Origin: Candidatus Cloacimonadales bacterium
Lineage (GTDB): Bacteria > Cloacimonadota > Cloacimonadia > Cloacimonadales > JAFGVF01
Assembly: GCA_963662585.1 (NCBI GenBank)
Contig: OY759729.1
Coordinates: forward strand, 1,152,001 to 1,216,000
DNA length: 64,000 nt
Direction: 5' to 3'
This document shows positions 1-10,444 of this stretch, piece by piece; positions within the stretch are counted from its first letter, which is position 1, and each line of letters opens with the position of its first letter. The notes under the pieces are model-generated. The model ran no database searches. It was not told the DNA's origin and worked only from the letters and a program-made list of their open reading frames with translations. The translations under genes were made by a program, and so were the position numbers.

Positions 1-626
1 TCTGAGTTAATAAAGTTTGTAGTACCTGTTTTAGTAGGAATAGCACCTATAGTACCGTCAGTAGCTGCCTGGAATAATTGATAAGTTGCATCAACTTCAC
101 CAGTTGCAAGATCTCTTGGGATAATTGTTAAAACAACTTTATACCATGATAAAGGAATATCTGGGCTATAGGAGTTGTACACTTTTTCCTCATATAGATC
201 ATCATCAGTACTAAAAATCCAAGCAGCAGAGCTATAGAAAGAAAAACCAATTGCTGGGCTTTCTTGGATTCTGCATCGTTGTGCAATCTCTGAATTAGAA
301 CTTAAACTTGAAAAACCAAGACCACCCCAGCCACCGTTCATATCACTTCTAATAAAAGCACTCATGACTATGGGTTCATTAACTTCAGTGATTTGATAAC
401 CATTTTTGTAAGTAACTAATCTATTAACCTCATTATCAAAATCATCAATGAAACCAATTGAAGCAGAATTATTGATACCACCAGAACTTTGCCATTCTAC
501 ATCAGTGTAACCACCTAAATCAAAATCATCCATATCACCTGGATTAGTGAAGTCAACATCTACTTGACCTGCACTTAAACCTAGAACTACTAAAATCATA
601 AATAATCCAATAATAACATTTTTCAT
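1..626 (-). CDS. Secreted/exported hypothetical protein, 5' part only (runs off window start)
   Basis: Not in the ORF track. ATG at 626 with AAGGAG RBS; I translate MKNVIIGLFMILVVLGLSAGQVDVDFTNPGDMDDFDLGG... (signal-peptide-like), open to position 1. Confidence 0.8.
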   Translation of the reverse strand, partial: MKNVIIGLFMILVVLGLSAGQVDVDFTNPGDMDDFDLGGYTDVEWQSSGGINNSASIGFIDDFDNEVNRLVTYKNGYQITEVNEPIVMSAFIRSDMNGGWGGLGFSSLSSNSEIAQRCRIQESPAIGFSFYSSAAWIFSTDDDLYEEKVYNSYSPDIPLSWYKVVLTIIPRDLATGEVDATYQLFQAATDGTIGAIPTKTGTTNFINS

Positions 627-856
627 TTTTTCTTCTCCTTTAATTTTCCATTTATTATTTTTTCTCGTTCTTCAGTTAAGGATTCATATACCTGTGTATA
701 GTTTCCCTCATTGAAAGGACGAATTACATTGTAAAAACTCTCTTCATTGTATTGAACAGTAAAGCCAAGTACATCGTTTCCGTCTTGATCAATAGTTTGC
801 ACTATTTGACTGACTAAAGGACTTTTATTATAATAAGCATTTTTTTTTGTTCTCAT
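623..856 (-). CDS. Small hypothetical protein (77 aa), uncertain
   Basis: ORF track; ATGA overlap with the downstream gene suggests coupling, but no clear RBS and no recognisable motif. Confidence 0.3.
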   Translation of the reverse strand: MRTKKNAYYNKSPLVSQIVQTIDQDGNDVLGFTVQYNEESFYNVIRPFNEGNYTQVYESLTEEREKIINGKLKEKKK

Positions 857-1182
857 GATTTATCTAAAAGCCATATTTGTTCCTAAAAAAGCCATAAAGG
901 CACATGTTCATATCTAATTGATTATCAAATATATAGGAGAATTTGCTAAAAAGGGAAAATAGTAATAATTTCAAATATCGCATTTCTGAGTCGAAAATGA
1001 AATTTCAAATGAAATTAAATCCGAATGGTGCAGTAGAGCTTTACAGAAGAGTGCAGATTCTTTTAGATAAAGGTTTTATAGAATTTATCAGCCTATAATA
1101 TATATACTCTGAGAAGTTATGTAAAATGCTTTTGCAAATGAATATAGTGCTATTCTAAAAGATCTATTGCATTATTTGCGTT

Positions 1183-1211
1183 AAAAAGCCCCTCTTTGAT
1201 GAAGGGCTTTT
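1183..1211 (-). terminator. Intrinsic terminator after the sigma54 activator gene
   Basis: AAAAAGCCC-CTCTTTGATGA-AGGGCTTTT hairpin with A/T tracts. Confidence 0.7.
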
Positions 1212-1237
1212 ATATTAAATATAATTTGTTATATAGC

Positions 1238-3484
1238 TTAGATACCTTTTAGGGTATATTTTTGGAGTTTGTATTTATTAATTCTTCTACATAAAGTTGC
1301 TTCAGACATATTAAGAATTAAAGCAGCTTCTTTCTGTTTACCTTTAGCTTTAAGTAGAGCTTTTACAATCATATCCTCTTCATTATATTCCTCTTGCATT
1401 AACTTTTCCTTGCTTGCGAATCTAAAAGGATTAATCTCACAAAGAATTTGAGCATCCCAATCACTTTTCTTACTAAGAATATACATTCTCTCCACAATAT
1501 TCTTTAATTCTCTAACATTGCCAGGGAAGTCATAATCATAAAGAATTTCTAACATTGATCTATCGATGAAAGGCATTTTTTTATTAAGTTCATTAGCATA
1601 ATATTTAAGATAATGATTCATAATTGGCTCAATATCCTCTTTTCTTTCTCTAAGAGGAGGAATAACAATTTCAATAGTATTTAATCTATGAAATAAATCC
1701 AAACGGAATTGATTATCAGTTAATTTCCCTCGGAGGTCTTGACTAGTTGCCGAAATGATTCTGCTGTCAAAAGGTATTTCTTTGCTACTACCTACTGATG
1801 TTACTTTACGGGATTCAAGAACACGCAACATTTTACTTTGGACTGGAAAAGGCATATCAGCGATTTCATCTAAAAATAAGCTTCCCTTATCTGCTTGCAA
1901 AAAGAAGCCTTTTGTAGGATTATCCGCACCTGTAAATGCTCCTTTTGTGTGTCCAAATAATTCGCTCTCGACCAGTGAAGCAGTTAAAGCTCCAACATTG
2001 ACAGGAACAAAGGCTTGATTTCTTCTCATGCTATTTTTATGAATGATTTGGGCCACAATCTCTTTACCTGTCCCTGACTCTCCTAAAATTAAGACACTAG
2101 TATTTTGATATTGTGCTGCTAACAAAGCAGAATTTAGAACATTATGATAAGCGGCACTGCAACCAATGAAACCCTGAGATTTATTTTCTTTTCTTTTTCC
2201 ATAATCTGTTGAGTTATACTCCACATCTAAAGTAGTCTCAACTTTAATTTTTCCTAGTTCTTTCTCAATTTCTTTATTCTGAATCTCACCAATATATTCA
2301 TCTGTTATATCACTAAGTTTCTGTTCTGCTTCAAAACTTTTCTTATAGTCTTTCATTAAATAATAAATATTAACCATGATTCTATACACCCAGATCAATT
2401 GTGATAAATCTTTAGCTTTTTTGTAGTATTTAATACCTTTTTTAACAATACTAAGTGCTTCATCATAATTCCCTATTTCTATCAACAAACTTGTTTTATT
2501 TACCTCTAACTGAATTTGGTCACGCTCGTCTTTCAAATCTATAGCAATTTGAATTGCCATATCCGCATAATTGAGCGATTTATCATGAAGCTTTAACTTC
2601 CAATAACATAAAGCATAATTATTGAAGAGGTCTAAAAGTAGGGTAGGAGGTTTATTTTCAACATTCTCCAAGATACTCATACACTGATCGTAATACTCTA
2701 TGGCTTCTTTAAATTTACCTTCTTCAATCTTTAGATTACCCAGATTTGAGGTAAAAAGAAAGGCCTTATGCCTTTCTCCCATCTTCTGAGAAAGAGCTAA
2801 ACCTTGCTTAAGAATCTTCTCTGCCCCAGCATAATCATTAATTCTCCCCATAGCAGAACCAAGATTATTTAAAATCATAAGTTGATATAAATCAAGTTCT
2901 TGTTTTTGAGCTTGTTCTAAGGCTTGCAAGTAGTACTTTATAGCTATATCCCATTTTGACATAGCAACATAAAGTGCTGCTATGGAGCCATAGGCACTCG
3001 CAGTTGTATAAGAAGGTTCAACTCTTTTCATCAAATCGAGCATCCTTACTTCTTGCTTTCGAGCTAATTCAAATTCAGATTGATATCTAAAAAAATACAT
3101 ATAATCTTGATGAGCATTAATCATCAACTCATAATCACCTGATTCAATTGCATAGTCTATTGCCATATTTAATAATGGTCTGATTTGGTCTTCTGAATCA
3201 CTACTATAATAGGTTATCGCTTGTAGCAAATGACATTTTACTAAAATATAAAAATCAGCTTCAAGGATTGATTCTCTTATACACTCAAGAGCTATCTCTC
3301 TTGCTTCTTGATAATAATGCATAATGCACAAGGCTTTTCCTTTGAAATACTTTATCCGCCTCCAGTCACGAGGAGAGAAATCTTCTGAAGTATAGTTTTC
3401 AATTTGTTGCATAAGTTCTGGTGGTATATACTCAGCAAGCACATCCCAATGTTTCATCATGTCTGAAGTTAGTTCTAACTGCAT
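1238..3484 (-). CDS. TPR-repeat sigma54-dependent transcriptional activator (TPR - AAA+ - Fis HTH)
   Basis: GESGTGKE Walker A, intact GAFTGA, LFLDEI Walker [10 protein letters not shown]-terminal HTH; N-terminal helical repeats (NNLGSA, SNLGNL, NNYALC). Confidence 0.93.
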   Translation of the reverse strand: MQLELTSDMMKHWDVLAEYIPPELMQQIENYTSEDFSPRDWRRIKYFKGKALCIMHYYQEAREIALECIRESILEADFYILVKCHLLQAITYYSSDSEDQIRPLLNMAIDYAIESGDYELMINAHQDYMYFFRYQSEFELARKQEVRMLDLMKRVEPSYTTASAYGSIAALYVAMSKWDIAIKYYLQALEQAQKQELDLYQLMILNNLGSAMGRINDYAGAEKILKQGLALSQKMGERHKAFLFTSNLGNLKIEEGKFKEAIEYYDQCMSILENVENKPPTLLLDLFNNYALCYWKLKLHDKSLNYADMAIQIAIDLKDERDQIQLEVNKTSLLIEIGNYDEALSIVKKGIKYYKKAKDLSQLIWVYRIMVNIYYLMKDYKKSFEAEQKLSDITDEYIGEIQNKEIEKELGKIKVETTLDVEYNSTDYGKRKENKSQGFIGCSAAYHNVLNSALLAAQYQNTSVLILGESGTGKEIVAQIIHKNSMRRNQAFVPVNVGALTASLVESELFGHTKGAFTGADNPTKGFFLQADKGSLFLDEIADMPFPVQSKMLRVLESRKVTSVGSSKEIPFDSRIISATSQDLRGKLTDNQFRLDLFHRLNTIEIVIPPLRERKEDIEPIMNHYLKYYANELNKKMPFIDRSMLEILYDYDFPGNVRELKNIVERMYILSKKSDWDAQILCEINPFRFASKEKLMQEEYNEEDMIVKALLKAKGKQKEAALILNMSEATLCRRINKYKLQKYTLKGI

Positions 3485-3610
3485 ATTTCCGTCCTATAGG
3501 ATAACCTTATATTTTTTCAAGGGAAAGCAAGTACTTTACCTCTTTAGTTAAATTACAAATATATCTCTTTTCTTTTCAATGTCAAGATTTTTGTGAAATT
3601 GTTCCAAATA

Positions 3611-3720
3611 CTCTTCCCTTACTCTTCCTTTGCTCCTCAACTCTTATTTCGATTAAATTCTAAATAATTATTAAGATGATTGAGAAAGAGCATGAGACGA
3701 GCAAAGAAAGACAAGAAAGA
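3611..3720. repeat. ~100-bp pyrimidine-arm/purine-arm imperfect palindrome, copy 1
   Basis: CTCTTCCCTTACTC (3611-3624) is the exact reverse complement of the right arm of copy 2 (~29072-29085); right arm AAGATGATTGAGAAAGAGCATGAG matches the copy 2 left arm in reverse complement. Confidence 0.65.
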
Positions 3721-3774
3721 AAATGGTTTACAAGGGCTATTTTAGAATAATGTTCTTCTCTTGATTTTACAAAT

Positions 3775-3808
3775 AAAAAGCCCTCTTAACCATTTTGATT
3801 AAGGGGGC
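3775..3808 (-). terminator. Intrinsic terminator
   Basis: AAAAAGCCCTCTTAA...TTAAGGGGGC hairpin; U-tract on the minus strand after gene 3859..6135. Confidence 0.65.
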
Positions 3809-3858
3809 AGGGACTAAAAATAGAAGTTAATTCTACACAATCATAAGCTTATATGATA

Positions 3859-6135
3859 CTATTTCATTAACACCATTTTCTTCATTTCTGTATTATTCGG
3901 ACTACTTAACTTGTAAAAATATAGTCCTGAGGAGACATTGTTACCATTAAGATCTTGGCCTTTCCAAACATAAGAGTGATCACCTGCAGGGACATTTCCT
4001 TTTACAAGTGTATTCACTAATTGTCCTTTAACATTATAAACATTAAGTTCAACCTTACCAGCAATTGGCATATTGAATGAAATAGTTGTTTCAGGGTTGA
4101 AAGGATTTGGATAATTTTGTTTTAGTAGAGAACTAGGCATAACAACTTCATTATCAACACTTGGTGTAGCATTAGCAAAATCAATATCGATAGCTGCATA
4201 CATCATAGTTCCACCAGTAGCCTGTCCAATACCTTGTTCAGAAGAACCATAAGTATTATCATCTAAATACATAAAGTGTAATCTTCCACGAGGACCTGTT
4301 CCTGTAGGAGATTGAATATAATCGATTTTATCAGTAGGATAAAGAAAAGTTGGTATCTGTCCTTCTAATTCAGGAATTTCGACACTATTAAGAGAGAAGG
4401 GGTCTGACCAGGAGTTACCATTATCAGCAGACACACTAATCAAAGTTTCAATATTTTGTCCGTATGGTTCTAAATCAGGATTTGCTTCTTGGTTGTTATT
4501 ATAGTCTCTTGATTTCTTAGTATCATGCCAGATCATAGCCATCATTCCAAATTCATTAGCATCAGTAATTCTGATATGATTTAAATGGAAGAGAGCAGAT
4601 TGGTCTGTTCCAGCATTTTCATCCCAGTAAGGGAAAGGCCACATTGTAGATAATAAAGGCATTCCCCAATATTCTGTATCATCAGAAGTAACGCCATCAT
4701 CTTCACCATCCCAAGTTCCATCATCTGCAATTTCATCATAGAAACCATCACCATCTGCATCCCACCATAACCATGGTAGTTCACTACTAACAGTTTCGGT
4801 GTTTCCTGTAACATCAAATACTCTTTGTGCTGATTGTGGATAAACTTCATTAACTTTGAAAGTATTATCACGAGGATCGAAAATGACTGTTTTTATAGTA
4901 TGTAAGGCAGGATAATAAGAGCCTTCAGAAGTTTTTTGAGTATAAAGAGCAGGCATGTGAATTCTGCCATAACTATCTACAGCAAGATTGTAGTGACTTG
5001 ATTGACCAATTCCGATGAACATATCTTCATCAGAAAAATCATTTTCATTTGTATCAAAATACTCTTCTGTTAACTCAGTACCTTCATGAAAACCTGTTGG
5101 GTTTATATAGTTAGGATTATAGGAGTCAAAAGTATCCCAAATTGAGTATCTTTCCCACTCTCCAGCACCATAATTATCGCAGACAAAAACATCAAGAGAG
5201 GCTTCTTCAATCGTTTCAGCACCAGTAGCACTACTTTCTGCAGCAAAATGATAACCCATATAGTATAACTTGTCTTCTAATACTTTAAAACTCATGAATG
5301 GTCTTCTCCATTCTCCGAGAGATACATTCCATTCGTCAAGAACTGGGATTGTTGTAGATTCCCAATTAGTAGCCATATATGATTGTTGTTCAATCTCATC
5401 TTCTGTGAAATCACTATAAATAATATAGATGTTTTCAGAAGCTGCACCACCCTCTGAATGTCCGTTACGACCACACACATAAACTCTTTGATATCCATCT
5501 AATGGAGATGGACCGATTTGTACTGAAGGCCAATTGAACTCATTACTACTATATTCCTGTCCATTTACTACAATGGTAGTTGGAGAATCAATAACAGTGA
5601 ATAAATCAGAATTTTGATCTATTGCGATTCCGCCAATAACAGCATCATAGCCTAAGCCTACTTCCCATTGAGTATCAGAAGTATCCCAGTTACCATGATA
5701 GGCGAAGATTGGTCTTCCACCGTCAGTTAAGGCTAGTCCTGCATAACCTTCATTAACATCATTAGCATTAAAGGTAGAATTAGCTAATACTGATCCTGTG
5801 GCATCAATAAAAGCTTTATATACTCTACGAGTACTATTTGCAGTAGCTTTTCCATGATATACTATCCAGTTTCCATTAATACCGCTGATGGCTGAGTTAT
5901 CTACTCTCATCATCGGAATTGCTCCATAAGTTCCAGGGAAGTAATCATAATAGTTTTCCATGATTGATACAGGATTAATGGCAAATTCGAAAGGTGTTTC
6001 AAAACGATTTTGAGATTGATAAGTTCTCAAGCTAAATTCATCAAGTTTGATACTTTTCAAGGGTGTATTAGCAGTTGCAGATAAAAAAGCTACACTTACT
6101 AATAATAAAGTAATAATCATAAATTTTCTTTTCAT
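3859..6135 (-). CDS. Secreted protein with FlgD-Ig/T9SS type A-like CTD (paralog 1 of the ~760-aa family)
   Basis: Signal peptide; C-terminus QNYPNPFNPETTI...VYNVKGQLV...SSGLYFYKL...KKMVLMK; DADGDGFYDE motif; similar to 49919 and 54514 genes. Confidence 0.88.
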   Translation of the reverse strand: MKRKFMIITLLLVSVAFLSATANTPLKSIKLDEFSLRTYQSQNRFETPFEFAINPVSIMENYYDYFPGTYGAIPMMRVDNSAISGINGNWIVYHGKATANSTRRVYKAFIDATGSVLANSTFNANDVNEGYAGLALTDGGRPIFAYHGNWDTSDTQWEVGLGYDAVIGGIAIDQNSDLFTVIDSPTTIVVNGQEYSSNEFNWPSVQIGPSPLDGYQRVYVCGRNGHSEGGAASENIYIIYSDFTEDEIEQQSYMATNWESTTIPVLDEWNVSLGEWRRPFMSFKVLEDKLYYMGYHFAAESSATGAETIEEASLDVFVCDNYGAGEWERYSIWDTFDSYNPNYINPTGFHEGTELTEEYFDTNENDFSDEDMFIGIGQSSHYNLAVDSYGRIHMPALYTQKTSEGSYYPALHTIKTVIFDPRDNTFKVNEVYPQSAQRVFDVTGNTETVSSELPWLWWDADGDGFYDEIADDGTWDGEDDGVTSDDTEYWGMPLLSTMWPFPYWDENAGTDQSALFHLNHIRITDANEFGMMAMIWHDTKKSRDYNNNQEANPDLEPYGQNIETLISVSADNGNSWSDPFSLNSVEIPELEGQIPTFLYPTDKIDYIQSPTGTGPRGRLHFMYLDDNTYGSSEQGIGQATGGTMMYAAIDIDFANATPSVDNEVVMPSSLLKQNYPNPFNPETTISFNMPIAGKVELNVYNVKGQLVNTLVKGNVPAGDHSYVWKGQDLNGNNVSSGLYFYKLSSPNNTEMKKMVLMK

Positions 6136-6508
6136 AGTTCCTCCACTATAAATTTTTTATAATACAACAACACAGTTATTTAATTATACTATGAATATAG
6201 TATAAAAACCATAACATCTTTTTTTATATCTAAGCTATAATTTAAGCTTATTGAGTTAAATAAGTTTGTCAAGCGATAAATTTCTTATTTAAGCGGTATT
6301 ACATTATATAATCAGTGAGTAGCTATATGTATTTACTGAAATGCAATTTCTTTTAAGATAATATTTCTATTAAAGTTAAGTTGCTTTACATTAAATTCAT
6401 TATGGAGATTGTGCTATTTTGGTGGTTAGAGATAGGATAGAGAAAACAGCCAGTCTGTTTGGCAGTCACTGCTTTTTTACCGTGTCTTCATCACTAATAG
6501 GGGAGTAT

Positions 6509-6576
6509 TGCTGGTCGCGGGCAATAACTGGGAATGCGGGTCAGACTGTGTGAAAGTTAAGAAGGCTTTCCAAGTT
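6509..6576. repeat. Degenerate REP-like remnant (TTCCCAGTT family)
   Basis: TGCTGGTCGCGGGC shared with ~29163; AACTGGGAATGCGGG is near reverse complement of CCCGCTTTCCCAGTT; GAAGGCTTTCCAAGTT resembles ~34796. Confidence 0.5.
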
Positions 6577-6630
6577 TCTTCTCCACTGTCATACCTAATT
6601 TCAGAAATCTTGTTTAAAGTCTTTTAGTGA

Positions 6631-7389
6631 CTATACTTTATTAACCCAAGCTTTGAATAAACTAACCTTTCGTCTGCTTACTATAACATCCATAGCAAGT
6701 TCAATAGATAGTTCTAGTCTCAAGCGATGGGATTCAAACTTCTTAATATTCTTTATGGCATAATCAGCGATGATTTGACTTCTTGAGATTCTAAAATAGT
6801 GTTGAGGATCAAGAATTTCCTCTAAATGTTCCAAGGATTGATCAATGATATATTTATAATTGTTTTTAGTGATAATATAGGTTAGGTTTGATTCGGCATA
6901 GAATAGAACAATTTCGGAAGCAAGAATAGGGATTAAATTTACCCCTTTTTTTATTAAAAATCTTAATTCTTTATCAGAGTTTTCACTATTATGATTAGCT
7001 TCTGATTGAATAATAGGATTATTTATGTTATTAATAATTAGTGATTTAAATTTATTGATACTATCTTCTATATCAGATTTTTTAAAAGGCTTGAGAATAT
7101 AACCGATACTATTTAATTTAAAAGCATGGATAGCGTATTGGTTATAAGCTGTTAAGAAGATTATGGGAGCTTGAGGTGTGAAATCTGAGTATATTTGGAA
7201 GCAATTACCATCTCCTAATTCAATATCACTGAGAATTAAATCAGGTTCTCGATTATTCTTAAACCACTCTTTCCCTTGTTTTACTGACCTTATAATTTCT
7301 AGCACATGGTAATCTTCACTAATCTCTTCCACTATTTTTTTTATTCTATTGGCAGTTAAGTACTCATCTTCAATAATTAAAAAATTCAT
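6631..7389 (-). CDS. LytTR-family response regulator
   Basis: REC (IIEDE, LILSDIEL, FLTAY, YILKP) plus LytTR domain (FRISRSQII, VSRRK). Confidence 0.93.
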   Translation of the reverse strand: MNFLIIEDEYLTANRIKKIVEEISEDYHVLEIIRSVKQGKEWFKNNREPDLILSDIELGDGNCFQIYSDFTPQAPIIFLTAYNQYAIHAFKLNSIGYILKPFKKSDIEDSINKFKSLIINNINNPIIQSEANHNSENSDKELRFLIKKGVNLIPILASEIVLFYAESNLTYIITKNNYKYIIDQSLEHLEEILDPQHYFRISRSQIIADYAIKNIKKFESHRLRLELSIELAMDVIVSRRKVSLFKAWVNKV

Positions 7390-9177
7390 TTAGACCTCAG
7401 AAATTAAGGGAACTTTAGCAATAAATTTACTATTAGATTCTATAATTATAATATTGATTTGCTTAAGGAGGTATAATCTTTGATTTAAGTTTTTCAAACC
7501 TAACTTAGAAGTTGGTTGATTATGTTTCTTCAGCTGTAGATTATTTTCCACAATCACAAAATCATCTTTTGTATAAATGTCTATCTCTAAAGGTTTTTCA
7601 TCAGTAGCAATATTGTGTTTTATCGCATTTTCAATCAACATCTGAATACTCAGAGGAGGAACAAACTTAGAGAAATCATCCTTGGAAATAGAGAAATTAG
7701 TAACAATCGTATCGTTAAACCTCTTTTTAAGCAAGAAAATAAAGGCATTACAGAAATTGAGTTCTTCTTCTACAGTAACAAAATTGTTTTCTTGAGTATC
7801 AAGCAGGTAACGATATACTTTTGAGAATTCTTGAATATAATCAATAGCACACTCTTTATCGACTTCAATAAGGGCAATAAGTGTTCCTAGGCTATTAAAG
7901 AGGAAATGAGGGTCTAATTGTTTTTTTAAGCTACTAAGTTGTGATTCTAAATTAAATTCAGTTAGTTCTAAATTCTTTATCTTTTGAATTTGTAGTTCAT
8001 TGATAGCCATGTTATATTGTCTATAAGTATAAACTGCAAAAGAGAAGATCCAAGCAAAGAGTCCCAAACCCATTGGGCCAAACATTGTTATTGTACTACT
8101 TTTTGATAAGAAGAGGGGAGAAATTAGAAAGATTGTATTTAGAGTAGCTGAAATGGAGAAGAGATTCTTGGTATTCAAGAGATCTAATTTAGTTTTTTTA
8201 AGCTGAATAATGATAAGTACATTGAAAACAGCTAATAGTGATAGAATAAAAAATCTATCGAAAAAGATAAATTGAGGAAAAATATATGTTAAGATAAGAC
8301 TAACTAAGATTAATAATGAAATAAATGCTAAGCACTTTCTTTTAAGAAAAGAGGCAATAAGCAGTCCGAAAAAAAACCAAATCAAATGGTAAAAAGTAAT
8401 TATATAGATCATTCTAGTATAAGTAAAGTCAGAGAAAAGTAGAGATAATGGAGATAACATCCAATAAAAGATACCTGCTGTTGCCATTAATAGAGAAAAG
8501 AATAGTATAGTTTGATTAAATTTTTTCAAAGTTATGATAAAGATTATAAAGGTAATAAAACTAACAAAAAGCAGAAAGTTACCTACAAAAAAGGTTAAGT
8601 AATCAGTATTTCTTTTAATCACTTCTTCATTAATAATATACTCTTTAATATTCTCTTCATCGCCAACTAGAATAGGGAAAAACTTAAAAAGTGGTATTTT
8701 CTGATCTATATCAATAGAAAAGTAGATATTATTATATTGGAATTGAGAATTATCACTTTTATTACCTAAAGAGATAATCTGTTTATTTATATGAGAATCT
8801 ATATTGTAGTTACCTATAGTAGATTGAGTCTCTTTGGTCGGATAAATTTGATCAGGATAATAGAGACGAAGATTATTCTTCATAGAGTGGAAATAGATTG
8901 AATTGAAAGGAATAATCATACCAGAAATATCAATTTTAAACCATACTCTAGTTTCATCTTCAATAATATTGTGCCTATAAGCGTCTAAACTTTTCCATGC
9001 AGTTGGCGGAATTGATAGAAAGTTTGGTTCTAAATCATTAAATTTAGGAATATTACCTATGAAGTACTTTATATCTTCATGTCCGAAAATCTTAAGTTTA
9101 TCTTCAAAAAAGTTAGAGACAGATGCTAGATTAGATAAAGAAAAAATTATAAGCAGAATTAACTTGATGTTCTTCAT
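7390..9177 (-). CDS. LytS-type membrane sensor histidine kinase
   Basis: ~7 hydrophobic segments; QLDPHFLFNSL and IQMLIENAIKHN; abuts the LytTR regulator. Confidence 0.92.
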   Translation of the reverse strand: MKNIKLILLIIFSLSNLASVSNFFEDKLKIFGHEDIKYFIGNIPKFNDLEPNFLSIPPTAWKSLDAYRHNIIEDETRVWFKIDISGMIIPFNSIYFHSMKNNLRLYYPDQIYPTKETQSTIGNYNIDSHINKQIISLGNKSDNSQFQYNNIYFSIDIDQKIPLFKFFPILVGDEENIKEYIINEEVIKRNTDYLTFFVGNFLLFVSFITFIIFIITLKKFNQTILFFSLLMATAGIFYWMLSPLSLLFSDFTYTRMIYIITFYHLIWFFFGLLIASFLKRKCLAFISLLILVSLILTYIFPQFIFFDRFFILSLLAVFNVLIIIQLKKTKLDLLNTKNLFSISATLNTIFLISPLFLSKSSTITMFGPMGLGLFAWIFSFAVYTYRQYNMAINELQIQKIKNLELTEFNLESQLSSLKKQLDPHFLFNSLGTLIALIEVDKECAIDYIQEFSKVYRYLLDTQENNFVTVEEELNFCNAFIFLLKKRFNDTIVTNFSISKDDFSKFVPPLSIQMLIENAIKHNIATDEKPLEIDIYTKDDFVIVENNLQLKKHNQPTSKLGLKNLNQRLYLLKQINIIIIESNSKFIAKVPLISEV

Positions 9178-9260
9178 ATTTCCTCAATAATATTTAGGGA
9201 TTTAGTTCAAAAAAGACTTATTCAAATTATGCTGTTTTCCCCTATCTGGTCAAGTATTAT

Positions 9261-10025
9261 TTATTCTATTCTTTGAGCTAAATAGATAATATTATCAGAA
9301 GTGGAGGTAAGCTCATTCAAAGCGAAATCACCATAAGCAGATATTAACTTAAATCCGCAATATTCTAGAAGTAGCTCAAGATAATCACTTCTAATTCCTT
9401 TTAAGGAGAGGGTATGATGCAAAACTTCTCTTTCACCTTCTCTATTCTCCATAACATAGCTGTCATTCCAAGTAGTAATTTGACTAATTCTATCAACTTG
9501 ATGAGAAGTGTACATAGATATTTCTTTACCAAGATCTTTGTTATGTCTTTTATAAAGAAGCGTTTTCGCCTGCTCTATTGGTAAATCACAAGTATAAGGA
9601 CAAACATCAAAAGCAATATAGCCCTTAGGATTAAGATAATTACTAATATGTTTAAGAGCCTTAATCTGATCTTGCAGAGTAAGAAGATATTGAAAAGTTG
9701 AATAACTATAGAAAATAAAATTATACTTGTCTGGGAAGTCGTAGTTCAGCATATCACCTAAGAAAATCTTATCTTTAGGAAAATGAGGATGCTTTTCTTG
9801 CATCATCTTGATTAGCACTGATGAGCTGTCTAAACCAGAAATATCTATACCACTATCAAAAAGCTGAGAAGTAATTCTTCCTGAACCACAACCTAATTCT
9901 AGAACTTTACCACCTAGCTTTTGACTTAGCTTAAGCCAGGCTTTATAATCATTAGTTTGATGGGAGTTTATAGCATAAAGTTCCCAGTCAAAGAGAAAGG
10001 CATATTCATTCCAATTTAGCTTCAT
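9261..10025 (-). CDS. Class I SAM-dependent methyltransferase
   Basis: VLELGCGSGR motif I, GLDSS, LNPKGYIAFD. Confidence 0.9.
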   Translation of the reverse strand: MKLNWNEYAFLFDWELYAINSHQTNDYKAWLKLSQKLGGKVLELGCGSGRITSQLFDSGIDISGLDSSSVLIKMMQEKHPHFPKDKIFLGDMLNYDFPDKYNFIFYSYSTFQYLLTLQDQIKALKHISNYLNPKGYIAFDVCPYTCDLPIEQAKTLLYKRHNKDLGKEISMYTSHQVDRISQITTWNDSYVMENREGEREVLHHTLSLKGIRSDYLELLLEYCGFKLISAYGDFALNELTSTSDNIIYLAQRIE

Positions 10026-10083
10026 TGTTTGCTCCTAGCTTATTTAATTTCTTAGTCCACTTTATGGAAGGACACACTGAAAG

Positions 10084-10412
10084 AATCACCCCCTGTGTCC
10101 CCCTCATGGAAGGGGATTTAAGAGAAAAGGAATCACCCCCTGTATCCCCCTCATGGAAGGGGATTTAAGAGAAAAGGAATCACCCCCTGTGTCCCCCTCA
10201 TGGAAGGGGATTAAAGAAAAGAGGAATCACCCCCTGTGTCCCCCTCGCTGAAGGGGATTTAAGAGAAAAGGAATCACCCCCTGTGTCCCCCTCGCTGAAG
10301 GGGATTTAAGAGAAAAGGAATCACCCCCTGTGTCCCCCTCATGGAAGGGGATTAAAGAAAAGAGGAATCACCCCCTGTGTCCCCCTCATTGAAGGGGATT
10401 TAAGAGAAAAGG
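10084..10412. repeat. Tandem array, 7 x 47 bp, with internal hairpin
   Basis: Unit AATCACCCCCTGTGTCCCCCTCATGGAAGGGGATTTAAGAGAAAAGG starts at 10084, 10131, 10178, 10225, 10272, 10319, 10366. Confidence 0.97.
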
Positions 10413-10444
10413 TCGCTCTGCAAATTCTCAATTCTGACTTAATC

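Noticed and set aside
10084..10412. CRISPR array
   Set aside because: Units are contiguous near-identical repeats with no unique spacers; no cas genes in the window.
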